A DNA stretch of 59,515 bases from a virus (IMGVR_UViG_3300022699_000433:1-59515); one strand, 5' to 3'; counted from the stretch's first letter, positions 39,434 to 49,470 are shown. Notes: generated by a model from the sequence alone, not told the origin. Program-made: numbers and translations.

Positions 39434-39619
39434 GAGCAGCATAGCCCAGGTAACATGTTTCTTCATATTGACCTACGCTGTATCGGGGTAGTTTATATAT
39501 ACTCCCTACAGTTTTGAAACCGGGTTTGTCAAGGTTTTTGATGAGCAAGGGGGATACGGCAACCATAGACCGAGAATATGGAAAAAATCATTGTCAAGTA
39601 TTTTTTATGAAAAAGTTTT

Positions 39620-39654
39620 GTCTCACCGTGTCTCAATCCGTCTCGGTGCGTCTC
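39620..39654. repeat. four GTCTC units at 10-bp period upstream of the packaging operon
   Basis: GTCTC at 39620, 39630, 39640, 39650. Confidence 0.75.
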
Positions 39655-39788
39655 AATGAGAGCCCTCCTTTTTGATCGGCAATTCAATTCAAAAAACCCG
39701 TGCTATAGTTTTATTCAAAAGAATACTGCAGCTCGATCTATTCATTCATAGCAAGCCGTCAGATGATTAGTTTGCATCGTTTATAACC

Positions 39789-40445
39789 ATGGCCGCTAAA
39801 ACCACCAAGATAGAGAAGCACAACCTGGGGCCGCGCGTCCTGCGGATGCTGTTGAAAGAGGGCAAGACCAGCGCCCAGATCGCCGAAACGCTCACCAGGG
39901 AAGGCATCAAGATTTCACAGCCCACGGTGTCGCGGTTTATTAAGGCGCAGCGGGAGAACGCCCGCGACGAGGTGCAGGATATCCTGCACGACCACGTCCA
40001 GAGGGAGCTGCCCAAGGACCTCACGGCGCTGGAGGAAATGGAGCGGATCTGTTTGGCCTGGGCGCAAGAGGAGCCCGATACCACGGCGGAACGGGTATCG
40101 CTCTGGCAAAAGGTGATGGAGCAGATCCCCGTATGGAGAGAGAAGATCATCACCTATTCGGATTTGGAAACCAAGGACAAGGCGCAGGTGATCCGCGGCT
40201 TCATCGAGCAGGTCACCCGCTGGCTCCTCGAAGATATCAACATACAGAAACAGCGCATCAACGCCATGCGCATGGCAACGAGCATCATCGATACCAAACT
40301 GAAATACTCCGGCGTTCTCCGGGAAGACGAAGGAAGCAATATTATCATCGCCGGGCAGGACGACCGGCAAGCGGATACCGGCGAGAGCGACGGCGACGGG
40401 TACAAAACCTTGCACGTGGTAGGAAAAGAGACCCATGGCGAATGA
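39789..40445 (+). CDS. probable terminase small subunit (HTH)
   Basis: KTSAQIAETL...ISQPTVSRFI HTH; directly upstream of and overlapping the large subunit. Confidence 0.65.
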   Translation: MAAKTTKIEKHNLGPRVLRMLLKEGKTSAQIAETLTREGIKISQPTVSRFIKAQRENARDEVQDILHDHVQRELPKDLTALEEMERICLAWAQEEPDTTAERVSLWQKVMEQIPVWREKIITYSDLETKDKAQVIRGFIEQVTRWLLEDINIQKQRINAMRMATSIIDTKLKYSGVLREDEGSNIIIAGQDDRQADTGESDGDGYKTLHVVGKETHGE

Positions 40446-41883
40446 TCTCGTATTCAAGCTGAGCCCTACGCAGCTCAAGTTCGTGATGACCGACGCCCAG
40501 GTGGCCCACATCGTCGGCCCCATGGGTGAAGGCAAGACCTACGCGGGCGTGGCCGGTCTGATCGTGCACGCCCGGCGCTGCCGCACGAACATCCGCACGG
40601 CCCTTATCCGGGATACCCACCAAAACATCAAGACCTCCACCATCCCCGACATCAGGGAATACCTCGGCCCCTGGGTGGAGTTCAAAGACAACGAAAAGAA
40701 GATGATCATCAAGAGCAGCCCCCGGGTCGAATGCGATATGTTCGGCATCGACGACGAGGCCTCCATCTCGAAGCTCCAGGGTCCGCAGTACGCGGCTATA
40801 TGGCTGGAGGAGCCGGCCCCTATCTACGAGAAGGCCAACGCGGGGCTGCCCAGAGAAGTATACAACATGGCGCTGGCCCGGGCCTCGCGCCAGCGCGGCA
40901 CCACCATGCGGGTGCAGATCAGCCAGAACCCGGCCGACGAAGAGCATTGGACCAGCAGGCTTACCGACGAACCGGCCGAGATGACCATCTACCTTCCGGA
41001 GCTCGAGGAGTACGTCACCATCCGCAAGGATACCTTCTGGATCCCCCGGGGGGAGAATAGGTACCTGAGCCCGCTTACCCGCGCGGCCACCTTTATGGCC
41101 TTCAAGGACGACCCCGCCAAGCTCCAGCGCTACGTCAAGGGCGAGACCGCAACCGTATACCGCGGCAAGAAGGTCACCCCGTCCTACTCCCCGGCCATCC
41201 ACCGCAGCCCTCTGGTACTCCCCCTGCTGCCCGGGCGCGAAGCGATTATGATGTGGGATTCCTGGCTCAATCCGTGCTGCGTGATCGGGCAGTATAACAG
41301 CTTCAACCAGCTGGTGATCCACGACGCGCTCCTGGGGGACCGGATCGGGGTGAAAGAGCTCGCCGAAGGGGAGCTGGATATCCTGCTCGCAAGCCCCAAG
41401 TACAAGGGCAAGATCAAGACGTGGCGCCTCATCGGCGACCGGACGATGCTTAATCCGGATCAATCCAGCTCGCGGTCCTCGGCCGCGAACTATCTCCGGG
41501 ATCGCTTCAAGGCGCATTTCGAGCCAGGCCCCGCCCATTGGCGGGCCATCAAAGAGCCACTCAACCATTCCTTCACGCGGCTTCTCACCGAAGGAAGGCC
41601 CGCGGTGATCCTGTCGCAATCCGCGACGATCCTCCATCGTGCGCTCAACGGCGGGTGGCACTATAAGACCGACAACTCCGGCAACATCATCGGCGACAAG
41701 CCGGTGAAAGACGAGCATTCCCATCCCGGCGACGCCTACGCAAACGGCATCTCGATCCTTATGCCCTACAACCCGCGCAAGGAGCTCAAGAAGGCCAAAA
41801 ACGAACAGCGCACAGGCCTGGTCAGGGGGTACCGTACCACGTACCGCCGGCCGAGGCACGAGGAAGGCGTCATGGGGATATAA
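40435..41883 (+). CDS. terminase large subunit
   Basis: GPMGEGKT, AIWLEE, NP, nuclease residues WD...GD...SHPGDA. Confidence 0.88.
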   Translation: MANDLVFKLSPTQLKFVMTDAQVAHIVGPMGEGKTYAGVAGLIVHARRCRTNIRTALIRDTHQNIKTSTIPDIREYLGPWVEFKDNEKKMIIKSSPRVECDMFGIDDEASISKLQGPQYAAIWLEEPAPIYEKANAGLPREVYNMALARASRQRGTTMRVQISQNPADEEHWTSRLTDEPAEMTIYLPELEEYVTIRKDTFWIPRGENRYLSPLTRAATFMAFKDDPAKLQRYVKGETATVYRGKKVTPSYSPAIHRSPLVLPLLPGREAIMMWDSWLNPCCVIGQYNSFNQLVIHDALLGDRIGVKELAEGELDILLASPKYKGKIKTWRLIGDRTMLNPDQSSSRSSAANYLRDRFKAHFEPGPAHWRAIKEPLNHSFTRLLTEGRPAVILSQSATILHRALNGGWHYKTDNSGNIIGDKPVKDEHSHPGDAYANGISILMPYNPRKELKKAKNEQRTGLVRGYRTTYRRPRHEEGVMGI

Positions 41884-41896
41884 CAGGAGTGGGTAT

Positions 41897-42073
41897 ATGC
41901 CGAAAGCGGAGGTCAGAAAGCGGGGCGGCAGTAAACGCACCGTTACCGTTAAACCGTCGCCCGGTACGTATATGCACTGCGAGGTCGTTCCCAGGAAAGG
42001 TCCCCGGGGCGGGCATACCGTGTGCGGGCCGCTGAAGCACGTGAAGAAGAAGCCGAAAAAGGCCCTGGGATAA
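41897..42073 (+). CDS. small basic protein (58 aa)
   Basis: AGGAG RBS; MPKAEVRKRGG...HTVCGPLKHVKKK. Confidence 0.55.
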   Translation: MPKAEVRKRGGSKRTVTVKPSPGTYMHCEVVPRKGPRGGHTVCGPLKHVKKKPKKALG

Positions 42074-42091
42074 CAGGAGGCGCCCTACGAA

Positions 42092-42343
42092 ATGGCCAGA
42101 TTCGATAAGTTCTGGGAGATGAAGGAAGGCGGACCCTATGAAGAGGGCCAGCAGGTGTTTAAGTGCACCAAGTGCGGAGCCGTGAGCTATCATCCGGAAG
42201 GATGGAACGGGGAGCCGGACTGCACGGAATGTTCAGCGAAATGTCAAGACGAGATGGGGGATTGGAATCCGGGGGAAAAGAGCACCGAGTACCGCAGGAA
42301 TTTCGACCGGGTTTTCCCTCATGCCCCGGGAGCGAATCTATGA
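42092..42343 (+). CDS. small zinc-finger protein
   Basis: AGGAGG RBS; CTKC...CTECSAKC. Confidence 0.6.
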   Translation: MARFDKFWEMKEGGPYEEGQQVFKCTKCGAVSYHPEGWNGEPDCTECSAKCQDEMGDWNPGEKSTEYRRNFDRVFPHAPGANL

Positions 42344-42378
42344 TCAAAACCACCGCCTTTGACGGGGAGGGGTACTAG

Positions 42379-44334
42379 ATGGCGTTCGATCTGGGAGAGG
42401 ATCCCCAGGAATACCTGCTGCGGCGCAAGCGGCAGATCGACCGGCTCCAGGATCACTACGGCATCCTCGACGAGCAGGAGCTCAGGGAGCGCGAAGAAGC
42501 CGCCACCGCCTATGCGGGCGAGAACGAGCACCACTTCGTGGAATACTGCCATGACTGCATCAGCCAATCGGTCGAAGCCAGCAAGCCGATTCGCCGCGTG
42601 CAGCGAGACTGCTGGAACGTGTACAACGAAAACGAGCCGGTGACCTACCGGGACAAGGAGGATTGGCAGGCCCACACCGTGGTGCCCAAGCCGTTTGAAA
42701 CGGTGCAGTACGGATCTTCCGCCGTGAAAAAGGCCTTTTCTCCTAATTTTCTGACCATCCAGAACAGCAGAAATAAGCAGAGCGAGGCATTTTGGCAGAA
42801 GACCATGGACTATCAGCTCAACAAGAGCCACGCGAATTTTATCCTCGCCTTCACCGACGCCACCACCATGGCCCTGGCCGTGGGCGTGAGCATGGAGATG
42901 AAGCCGCGCTTCGTGCCCGGATTCGGGCTTCAGTACGCGCTCATCGAGCCGTGGAAGATCCACCGCGATCCCGACGCCCTGTCCCGGGATCCGCAATCCG
43001 GCATGTATTGGATACACCAGGAGTGGCTGGATTATTTCACGCTGAAGCAGGCCGAGAAAAACGGCAGGTATTTCGACGTGGCCCGGGTCAAGGAAACCAA
43101 ACACCAGGATCCCTCAAACCCTTTTATGACCAAAGAGGCGATTGCCGCGCGGAAGGATATGCTCTGGCAGCGCTCGAAATTCAGGACCATGTCGCTTACC
43201 TCGGAGTTTTGGGGCATCGTACTCGATCCCCGGGGCGAGGTCCTGCTTCCCAAGGCGACCTTCACCGTGGCCGGCGGGCGGGTAATCGAAAAACCCCGCC
43301 CGGTTCCCTACAAGCAGCTGCGCTGGCCGGGGATCTCGTTCTCGCCCGTGCCCCATCTCCTCCGTCACGGCGGCCGAGGGCTGCTCGAGGGCATTATCAC
43401 GATTTGGGAGGCCATGAACAACATTATGTGCCTGCACCAGGATTTTCTCCAGTGGCTGGTTAATCCCCCCAAGGAGATCAACGTGGACGCGTTGGTGGAT
43501 TCCAACGATTCGGCGCAGTGGCCGGGCAAGGAGAACCTGGTTAAAGACACCGTTTCCGGGCAGCAGGCGATCCGGACCGAGCAGCGCCGCTCCCGCACGA
43601 ACGACGTACTGGCCAATCTCCAATACTACGACCAACTGTTCCAGCGAGGATCGTTCGTCACCGACCCCGTGCAGGGTCTGCCCGGGTACCGCAAGGAGAT
43701 CACCTACCGCGAGGCGGCCCAGAACCTGGACCAGGCCCTGAGCGTGTACAGTCTTTTAGGGGAAAACCTGGAGGACGGCGCCATTTCCTCCATCAGCGCG
43801 GGAGCGGAAGTTATCGAATACAGCGCCGGGTATCACGACTATCTCGAGCTGTTTGACGAGGATACCCTTACCGAGATGGGTATTGTCCCGGACCCGGAAA
43901 ACGAGCGCGGCGTGAGCGGGATCCCGGCCTTTGACGGCACGTTCCACGTGAGCGGCATCCAAGCCCTGATGAAGGACATGGAAGCCTTGGCCAATATCAA
44001 AGACGTCATTATCCCGCTCTCTGAGCGGCCGCGGTACGCAGCCTATATCAAGCCCTATAACGTGCTCAAATCCATTGAGATCAGAACCAACCTCACCGAT
44101 GAGGATATCATCGCGAGCGAGGATGAAGTCACGGTGATCGACACGCAGCTGGAGCTGAAACAGGCCGAGGAGCAGGAGGCAATCGACCGGATGAAGGAGC
44201 TCCAGGAGGCCCTGGGGATCGCCGAACTGGCTCAGAAACTCGACGAGATCGCCACTATGAGCAGCAAGGAGAAAGCGGCGGCCATCAAGGGTATGGTCGC
44301 TAAAAAGCCAACGGAACAAACGGAGGCGGCATAA
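42379..44334 (+). CDS. portal protein
   Basis: 651 aa between terminase and scaffold; podovirus-portal-like size and motifs (IEPWKIHRDPDA). Confidence 0.78.
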   Translation: MAFDLGEDPQEYLLRRKRQIDRLQDHYGILDEQELREREEAATAYAGENEHHFVEYCHDCISQSVEASKPIRRVQRDCWNVYNENEPVTYRDKEDWQAHTVVPKPFETVQYGSSAVKKAFSPNFLTIQNSRNKQSEAFWQKTMDYQLNKSHANFILAFTDATTMALAVGVSMEMKPRFVPGFGLQYALIEPWKIHRDPDALSRDPQSGMYWIHQEWLDYFTLKQAEKNGRYFDVARVKETKHQDPSNPFMTKEAIAARKDMLWQRSKFRTMSLTSEFWGIVLDPRGEVLLPKATFTVAGGRVIEKPRPVPYKQLRWPGISFSPVPHLLRHGGRGLLEGIITIWEAMNNIMCLHQDFLQWLVNPPKEINVDALVDSNDSAQWPGKENLVKDTVSGQQAIRTEQRRSRTNDVLANLQYYDQLFQRGSFVTDPVQGLPGYRKEITYREAAQNLDQALSVYSLLGENLEDGAISSISAGAEVIEYSAGYHDYLELFDEDTLTEMGIVPDPENERGVSGIPAFDGTFHVSGIQALMKDMEALANIKDVIIPLSERPRYAAYIKPYNVLKSIEIRTNLTDEDIIASEDEVTVIDTQLELKQAEEQEAIDRMKELQEALGIAELAQKLDEIATMSSKEKAAAIKGMVAKKPTEQTEAA

Positions 44335-44663
44335 TGCCGGGCGGTTTACAATCGGGAGCCGACATTGATCCCTTGACCAGGATCCCCGTCGAAAGAGAGA
44401 CCGCGGCGAAGACCGTGGAACGCGAACAGCAGGAAGAAAAAACACTGCGCGAGCAGGCCGAATTTTTGAACATCGTCTCTTCGGCCGAAGGTTCGCGGCT
44501 GATCGACATCATCGCCAAGAGACTCGAAAATCGGATCGATGAACTCATCAACAATGATCCGGAGGCCACGGCCTACGCGCACCTACTGAAAGAGGTGGGC
44601 AGAAAAGAAACCCTGGCCCGGCGGGCCGTGGATAAGCTCTATAACCGCCACCGTGAGCGTTGA
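44334..44663 (+). CDS. phage hypothetical protein
   Basis: TAATG coupling to the portal; GGAGG RBS. Confidence 0.65.
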   Translation: MPGGLQSGADIDPLTRIPVERETAAKTVEREQQEEKTLREQAEFLNIVSSAEGSRLIDIIAKRLENRIDELINNDPEATAYAHLLKEVGRKETLARRAVDKLYNRHRER

Positions 44664-44884
44664 TGAAACGAGTCCATAAAAACCGACGGCACGGCAAAGC
44701 ACGATATTGTGTGATATGCGGCGGCCGCTTATCCATGTATAACACGACGGATCGCTGCTTTTGCCATGATCCGCTGGTCAAGCCCGATCAAAACCCGTTG
44801 TCGTGGGAGCACCTGATAAACCCCACCAGGGCCACGGGCATAGAGACAACCAGGATGCACTATGACGGCGATGAATCTCAGTAA
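44660..44884 (+). CDS. small zinc-finger protein
   Basis: CVICG...CFCH. Confidence 0.5.
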   Translation: MMKRVHKNRRHGKARYCVICGGRLSMYNTTDRCFCHDPLVKPDQNPLSWEHLINPTRATGIETTRMHYDGDESQ

Positions 44885-44984
44885 AAAGGATGGAACATGC
44901 GGTAACGCCAATCAGCGAAAAAGTGAATAACGGGTAATTGAAGCAGGCGGCAGACCCGCCCGCTTCATCCAACCAAAAAGAAAC

Positions 44985-45033
44985 AAGGGTTCTCACTGGC
45001 GCGCCAGAACCGAGTGAGAGCCCTTTTCTTTTT
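44985..45033 (+). terminator. intrinsic terminator-like hairpin before the scaffold gene
   Basis: AAGGGTTCTCACT / AGTGAGAGCCCTT followed by a T tract. Confidence 0.55.
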
Positions 45034-45069
45034 GGCAAACCGATAATCGCACACGTGAAGGAGGACGGA

Positions 45070-46089
45070 ATGACAACCGGCAACGAGCAGGACCACCTGG
45101 ACCTGGACAAGGTGATGCAGGAGGGACTGGAGAAATTTGAAGGAGAACTCGCCGAGGCCGCCTCAGACGACTCCGACCAGCCCGGATCGCAACCGGCCAG
45201 CCCTGCGGACCAAAAACCACCTGAACACCCCGAAACCCCCGAGGAGAAGCCCGCGGATACCGAGGAGAGCCCTCCGGAACATCCCGAGGAAGGCCCCGCA
45301 GAGACCGAGGAGACCCCTCCGGAACACACCGAAGAAAAGCCTTCCAAACCCCGGTTCAAATCACACCAGGAAGCCGAGGAAGGCTACCGCAATCTCCAGT
45401 CTAAGACGACCAAAGCCGAGCAGGAGAACGCGCGGCTGAAAAAAGAGCTCGACGAGCTCAAAGGCGCGAAGGAGCGGGAACAAGAGGCGGAACGGCTCGC
45501 GCAGGAGTTCGAGACGTTCGCCGCCGACAAGTACCGGGAGGCCCTCGAGGCGATCGACGAACTCGATCCCGATGACGACGGGTACAACGTCAATGTCTCC
45601 AAGATCTGGGCCAAGCGGGACGGGGATATCAGGCGCTTTGAACGTGAACACGGCACAACGGGCGTGCAACCGGCGCAGCCGGGCACGGAGGAGCAGCCCG
45701 CCGCGGAGATCAAAACCGATGACGATGCCAGGACCTATGTGGCCGAACAGGCACAGGAAGCGGGCATCGATCCGGAGGATCCCGGCTGGCAGTTTCTCTG
45801 CACGCAGGCGCCGTCGGAGTTGGACGGCAGGAAATTGAGCTTCGAAGAGCAGGTCCAATGGGCTCTCGATGAAAAAAAGAACTACGACGAGTACCGCACT
45901 TCCAGGCAGAAACAGACGGAGCAGGAGCGGCAAGCGGCAGCGAAAAAGCGGAGCGAGGAGCACCAGGAGAAAGAACTCTCGCTCGGCAGAGGCGCGAGCA
46001 GCTCCAGAAAAAAAGGAGCTGAAGAGGAAAGCAAACCGGTAAGCCTCAATGACGCCCTTGATGCCGTGATGGAAGAGCGGCGCTTGTAA
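45070..46089 (+). CDS. capsid scaffolding protein
   Basis: Acidic, P/E-rich N-terminus, coiled coil (AEEGYRNLQSK); precedes the capsid gene; GGAGG RBS. Confidence 0.75.
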   Translation: MTTGNEQDHLDLDKVMQEGLEKFEGELAEAASDDSDQPGSQPASPADQKPPEHPETPEEKPADTEESPPEHPEEGPAETEETPPEHTEEKPSKPRFKSHQEAEEGYRNLQSKTTKAEQENARLKKELDELKGAKEREQEAERLAQEFETFAADKYREALEAIDELDPDDDGYNVNVSKIWAKRDGDIRRFEREHGTTGVQPAQPGTEEQPAAEIKTDDDARTYVAEQAQEAGIDPEDPGWQFLCTQAPSELDGRKLSFEEQVQWALDEKKNYDEYRTSRQKQTEQERQAAAKKRSEEHQEKELSLGRGASSSRKKGAEEESKPVSLNDALDAVMEERRL

Positions 46090-46121
46090 GTCCGTACAGC
46101 GGATAAAGGAGGTTATAGGCT

Positions 46122-47087
46122 ATGGGAGCAACATTCAGTTGGGCGTTAGACGCCGCGAGCGGTGTCTATAAGAACCATGCACTGTCCGGGGAACTCCTGA
46201 AAGTAGCCGCACGGAAGTTCAAGTTCGTGCAGTTTTCCAAGAAAGAGGATTCCTACGGCAAGGGCAAGGGTGAATCCATCACCCTGATTTACTACAAACC
46301 ATTGGCGCAACCCGCCTCGGCCCAGCTCGAGGAGAACACCAGGATCGCCATCGACCAGCTCACCATGGGTAAGCAGTCCATTACCATTAAAGAGTGGGGG
46401 CGCGGCGTGGAGTACACCGAGCTCGCCAGGCAGCTGTCCAAGTTCGATCTGAAGGAACCCGCGCAGAAGGCCCTCGTCGACCAGATGGACGAGGCCATGG
46501 ACAACGCCTGTGCGGCGGAGTTCACCGGGACCGACGCCAAGATCATCTTTATTCCCACGTCGCTGACCGGCGGCACGTGGGACACCGACGGGACCCCGAG
46601 CACCACGGCGCTCGTGAACGTGACCAAGCACCATATAGCCACCATCCGCGACTATATGATCAAGGATCTCCACGTTCCCTTTTTCACCGGGGATCACTTT
46701 GTGGGGCTCATGTCCACCAAAGGGCTCAGGGGTCTGCGGGACGACAAGGTCATCGAGGCCTGGAACCTCTACCTCCGGAAGGGAGACCTTATTTACAAAG
46801 GCGAGATCGGCCAGGTGGAAAGCGTCCGGTGCGTGGAGGTGACCAATGAGAACGCCCTGAGCAATTCCAAGGGCTCGGGCAACGTACTCGGTGAAGGCGT
46901 GATCTTCGGAGAGGACGCGGTGGCGCGCATCGAGATTGAATTTCCGCATCTCCGCGCGCAACCAAACTATACCGCCGATTTCGGCCGTCGGCACGCCGTT
47001 GCATGGTACGGGACCGTGGCGTTCGGGGTGAAGTTTCCCACCGCCACCGACCGGGAGGCCAAAATCGTGCGGATCACCTCCGGATAA
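46122..47087 (+). CDS. major capsid protein, N4-gp56-like
   Basis: GKGKGESIT, ITIKEWGRGV, GEIG, DFGRRHAVAWYG; AAGGAGG RBS. Confidence 0.85.
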   Translation: MGATFSWALDAASGVYKNHALSGELLKVAARKFKFVQFSKKEDSYGKGKGESITLIYYKPLAQPASAQLEENTRIAIDQLTMGKQSITIKEWGRGVEYTELARQLSKFDLKEPAQKALVDQMDEAMDNACAAEFTGTDAKIIFIPTSLTGGTWDTDGTPSTTALVNVTKHHIATIRDYMIKDLHVPFFTGDHFVGLMSTKGLRGLRDDKVIEAWNLYLRKGDLIYKGEIGQVESVRCVEVTNENALSNSKGSGNVLGEGVIFGEDAVARIEIEFPHLRAQPNYTADFGRRHAVAWYGTVAFGVKFPTATDREAKIVRITSG

Positions 47088-47096
47088 AGATAAACC

Positions 47097-47123
47097 GGGT
47101 CCGCGGCTTGTGCCCGCGGACCT
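47097..47123 (+). terminator. stem-loop after the capsid gene
   Basis: GGTCCGCGG/CCGCGGACC stem; no T tract, so it may stabilise mRNA rather than terminate. Confidence 0.4.
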
Positions 47124-47159
47124 GCAACCACGTAACCACTAAGCGAGGAGGATTGTACG

Positions 47160-47621
47160 ATGCTACGATCAGCTGAACAAATAAAACTGGATCCGCAGTA
47201 TATCGTCGATTACGACGACGCCGCCGGGATTGATTGCGATCAGACCCCGGCGGACGTGGCGGTATTCGTCATCCCCTTTAAGTGCGAATTCGTCATGGCA
47301 TGCTGTGAGGTCACCGAAGCATGCGCCGGCGACACCACCACCCCAGCGGCCAAGTTCGACAAACGGCCCACCGGAGGAAACGACACCGGCAGAGGCGATG
47401 GGGATTTCGGGGAATTCAACCTTGAAACCACCGCCCAAGGCAAGGTGATGTACGACAAAGTAGCCCAGGGCCAAGAACTGGAACCGGGCGAGGAGATCGT
47501 GGTCGAGCTGACCACACAAGCCAGCGGTACCGGCGCAGCCGGGCATATACGGCCGTATATCCTCGTCAAATATATGCCCGAAACCCTTGCCAACCTCAGC
47601 AATATGGTTGAAACCACGTAA
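47160..47621 (+). CDS. virion structural protein (decoration-like)
   Basis: 153 aa beta-rich, after the capsid gene. Confidence 0.55.
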   Translation: MLRSAEQIKLDPQYIVDYDDAAGIDCDQTPADVAVFVIPFKCEFVMACCEVTEACAGDTTTPAAKFDKRPTGGNDTGRGDGDFGEFNLETTAQGKVMYDKVAQGQELEPGEEIVVELTTQASGTGAAGHIRPYILVKYMPETLANLSNMVETT

Positions 47622-47703
47622 TTCCGCGTGGCGGTGATTGCCGGGGATCCGGGCCGACCGGATCCCCTCAACCCATAATTTTACCGGAGAAGGAGCACAG
47701 GCT

Positions 47704-48174
47704 ATGACAGAACTAGCAAGCTCGGATGTAAGCGTGGACGTAGCGCCGGATAAACGCGACTTCGCGCACGGGGCAATCCAAAAGAACATGACCATAGCTG
47801 ACGTCACTTTCGGGGACGGGTCGCTGACCTATCCCGCGGGCGGCGTGCCCCTGCCTGCCATGGGACGCTTCGGATTCCAGCGGGAAGTACAGATCGCCTT
47901 GATCGAGGAGGCACCGGACAACGGCTTCCGGTATAAGTACGACCGTGCGAACAACAAAATCAAGATCTTCACCCAGGGCGTCACCACAGGCCCAACCGCG
48001 GCGGCAACCAACGAAAACGGCGCATTGGTGAAAGATTCGGCCGATGCCGAAGGAAGCGTCCGGCTGCCCAATACCGTAGCCGGCACCACCTATGATCTGG
48101 GCGGGATGATCGAGCTTCCCTCAAGTGTAGCGCCGGCGGAAGTTACGCTGCGGATGCTCATGGTAGGGGTATAG
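47704..48174 (+). CDS. virion structural protein
   Basis: TFGDGSLTYPAGGVPL, YKYDRANNKIKIF; AAGGAG RBS. Confidence 0.6.
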   Translation: MTELASSDVSVDVAPDKRDFAHGAIQKNMTIADVTFGDGSLTYPAGGVPLPAMGRFGFQREVQIALIEEAPDNGFRYKYDRANNKIKIFTQGVTTGPTAAATNENGALVKDSADAEGSVRLPNTVAGTTYDLGGMIELPSSVAPAEVTLRMLMVGV

Positions 48175-48283
48175 AAAATAAAGACGGGGAGAACCGGCGA
48201 ACCGGAGAATCGATGCGTAAAACATCTCCGTTTCACCGTTTCCCCGATGCGCCGGATCATTCTTTTTCACAAAGGAGCGGACA

Positions 48284-48883
48284 ATGACACAGGATCTATT
48301 CATCAAAGACACCGACCCGAAGACGGGCAAATCGTCGATGAAGAAGGTTACCATTATCAGGTCGTGGCAGGACGCGAGCGGCAAACAGCTCTACCTCCAC
48401 ATGAACGGGACCTATGGCTATAAGGACGGCTCACCGGTAAAAACCGCGCATGAGCTCGACGAGCTTATCCACGATAAGCACCAGGCGGCCGCGGCCAAGG
48501 CATGGTGGGAGCGCACGGGTAAAGCGCTCGCCGAGCAATTTTACGTCGAGAAAGACAAACAGGACGAGGAGCGCCAGCGCAGGCTTACCCCGGTACAGGG
48601 CGATCTCAGCGAACTTGACACGGCGGTCTACACCCGCCGGCCCGTCAACGACCGCCGGAAGAACGCCTGGTCCGGCCCCGGAACCTGGGTAACTTGGTTT
48701 ACCGCGAGACCCGAGTGGTGGGGTCTTGCCACCACCATTGAGATCCAGGGCTATCGCTACAAGCTGGTGGAGCCGGAGAGCGAGATCAGCGTGAGCGGGG
48801 ATGAAGAGCCGCCGGAAGAGCCGTCGGAAATGACACCGGCAGAAGACGAGCAGGAAGAAGGCGCAACGGCTACGTCCTTTTAA
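48284..48883 (+). CDS. phage hypothetical protein
   Basis: 199 aa; AAGGAG RBS. Confidence 0.65.
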   Translation: MTQDLFIKDTDPKTGKSSMKKVTIIRSWQDASGKQLYLHMNGTYGYKDGSPVKTAHELDELIHDKHQAAAAKAWWERTGKALAEQFYVEKDKQDEERQRRLTPVQGDLSELDTAVYTRRPVNDRRKNAWSGPGTWVTWFTARPEWWGLATTIEIQGYRYKLVEPESEISVSGDEEPPEEPSEMTPAEDEQEEGATATSF

Positions 48884-48896
48884 TGAGGCGTGAGCA

Positions 48897-49421
48897 ATGT
48901 CGTCGCGATGGGATACCTATTTCGATACCACGAAATGGCAGGCGGGCCGGAACGCCACCTGGGACGATTTGGAAAACAGATGGGACTTCTATCTGCCCGC
49001 AAACGAGACCGGCTCTATCGAGGTTAAAGACGGGGCAACGTGGCAGGTGATCTACCGTCCCGTTACGTGTTTCCCCACGATCCTCGGTTCCCTTAGCACG
49101 CATCGGTGGCTCGAGGACGCCGCCGGCGCCGTCCTCGGCGAATCGTCCGATCCGGATACGATTCAGTTTGCGCTCGGCTTCGGCGAGTACGACATAGCGA
49201 AATTGAAAATCACCAATCCGTTCGGGTTTGCCACCCATTACTATCTCATCGATCTCCAGTTCGAATGGGCTGTGACCGACATGGACATTCGAGTCTGTCC
49301 CCGCTGCCGCCGCTATTACATAGCAGACGAACGGATGTTCGAAGACACCGACCGCTGTCCGCACTGCGGGGCTATGGTTGAGCCGAGGGAATATTTCGGC
49401 GACGACGATATCCCGGTGTGA
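48897..49421 (+). CDS. hypothetical protein with C-terminal zinc ribbon
   Basis: CPRC...CPHC. Confidence 0.6.
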   Translation: MSSRWDTYFDTTKWQAGRNATWDDLENRWDFYLPANETGSIEVKDGATWQVIYRPVTCFPTILGSLSTHRWLEDAAGAVLGESSDPDTIQFALGFGEYDIAKLKITNPFGFATHYYLIDLQFEWAVTDMDIRVCPRCRRYYIADERMFEDTDRCPHCGAMVEPREYFGDDDIPV

Positions 49422-49470
49422 GGTTCAAGGGTTCACCGGTTTAAGAGAAAAAAACATGGGAGCAAAAACA

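Noticed and set aside
27100-39600. Intact Tn3/Tn402-type transposon carrying the cargo
   Set aside because: No transposase, terminal inverted repeats or target duplication found
40345-41940. 531-aa antisense ORF, and similar long antisense ORFs across BREX and late genes (for example 53048-54208)
   Set aside because: Shadows of GC-rich sense genes; no recognisable motifs
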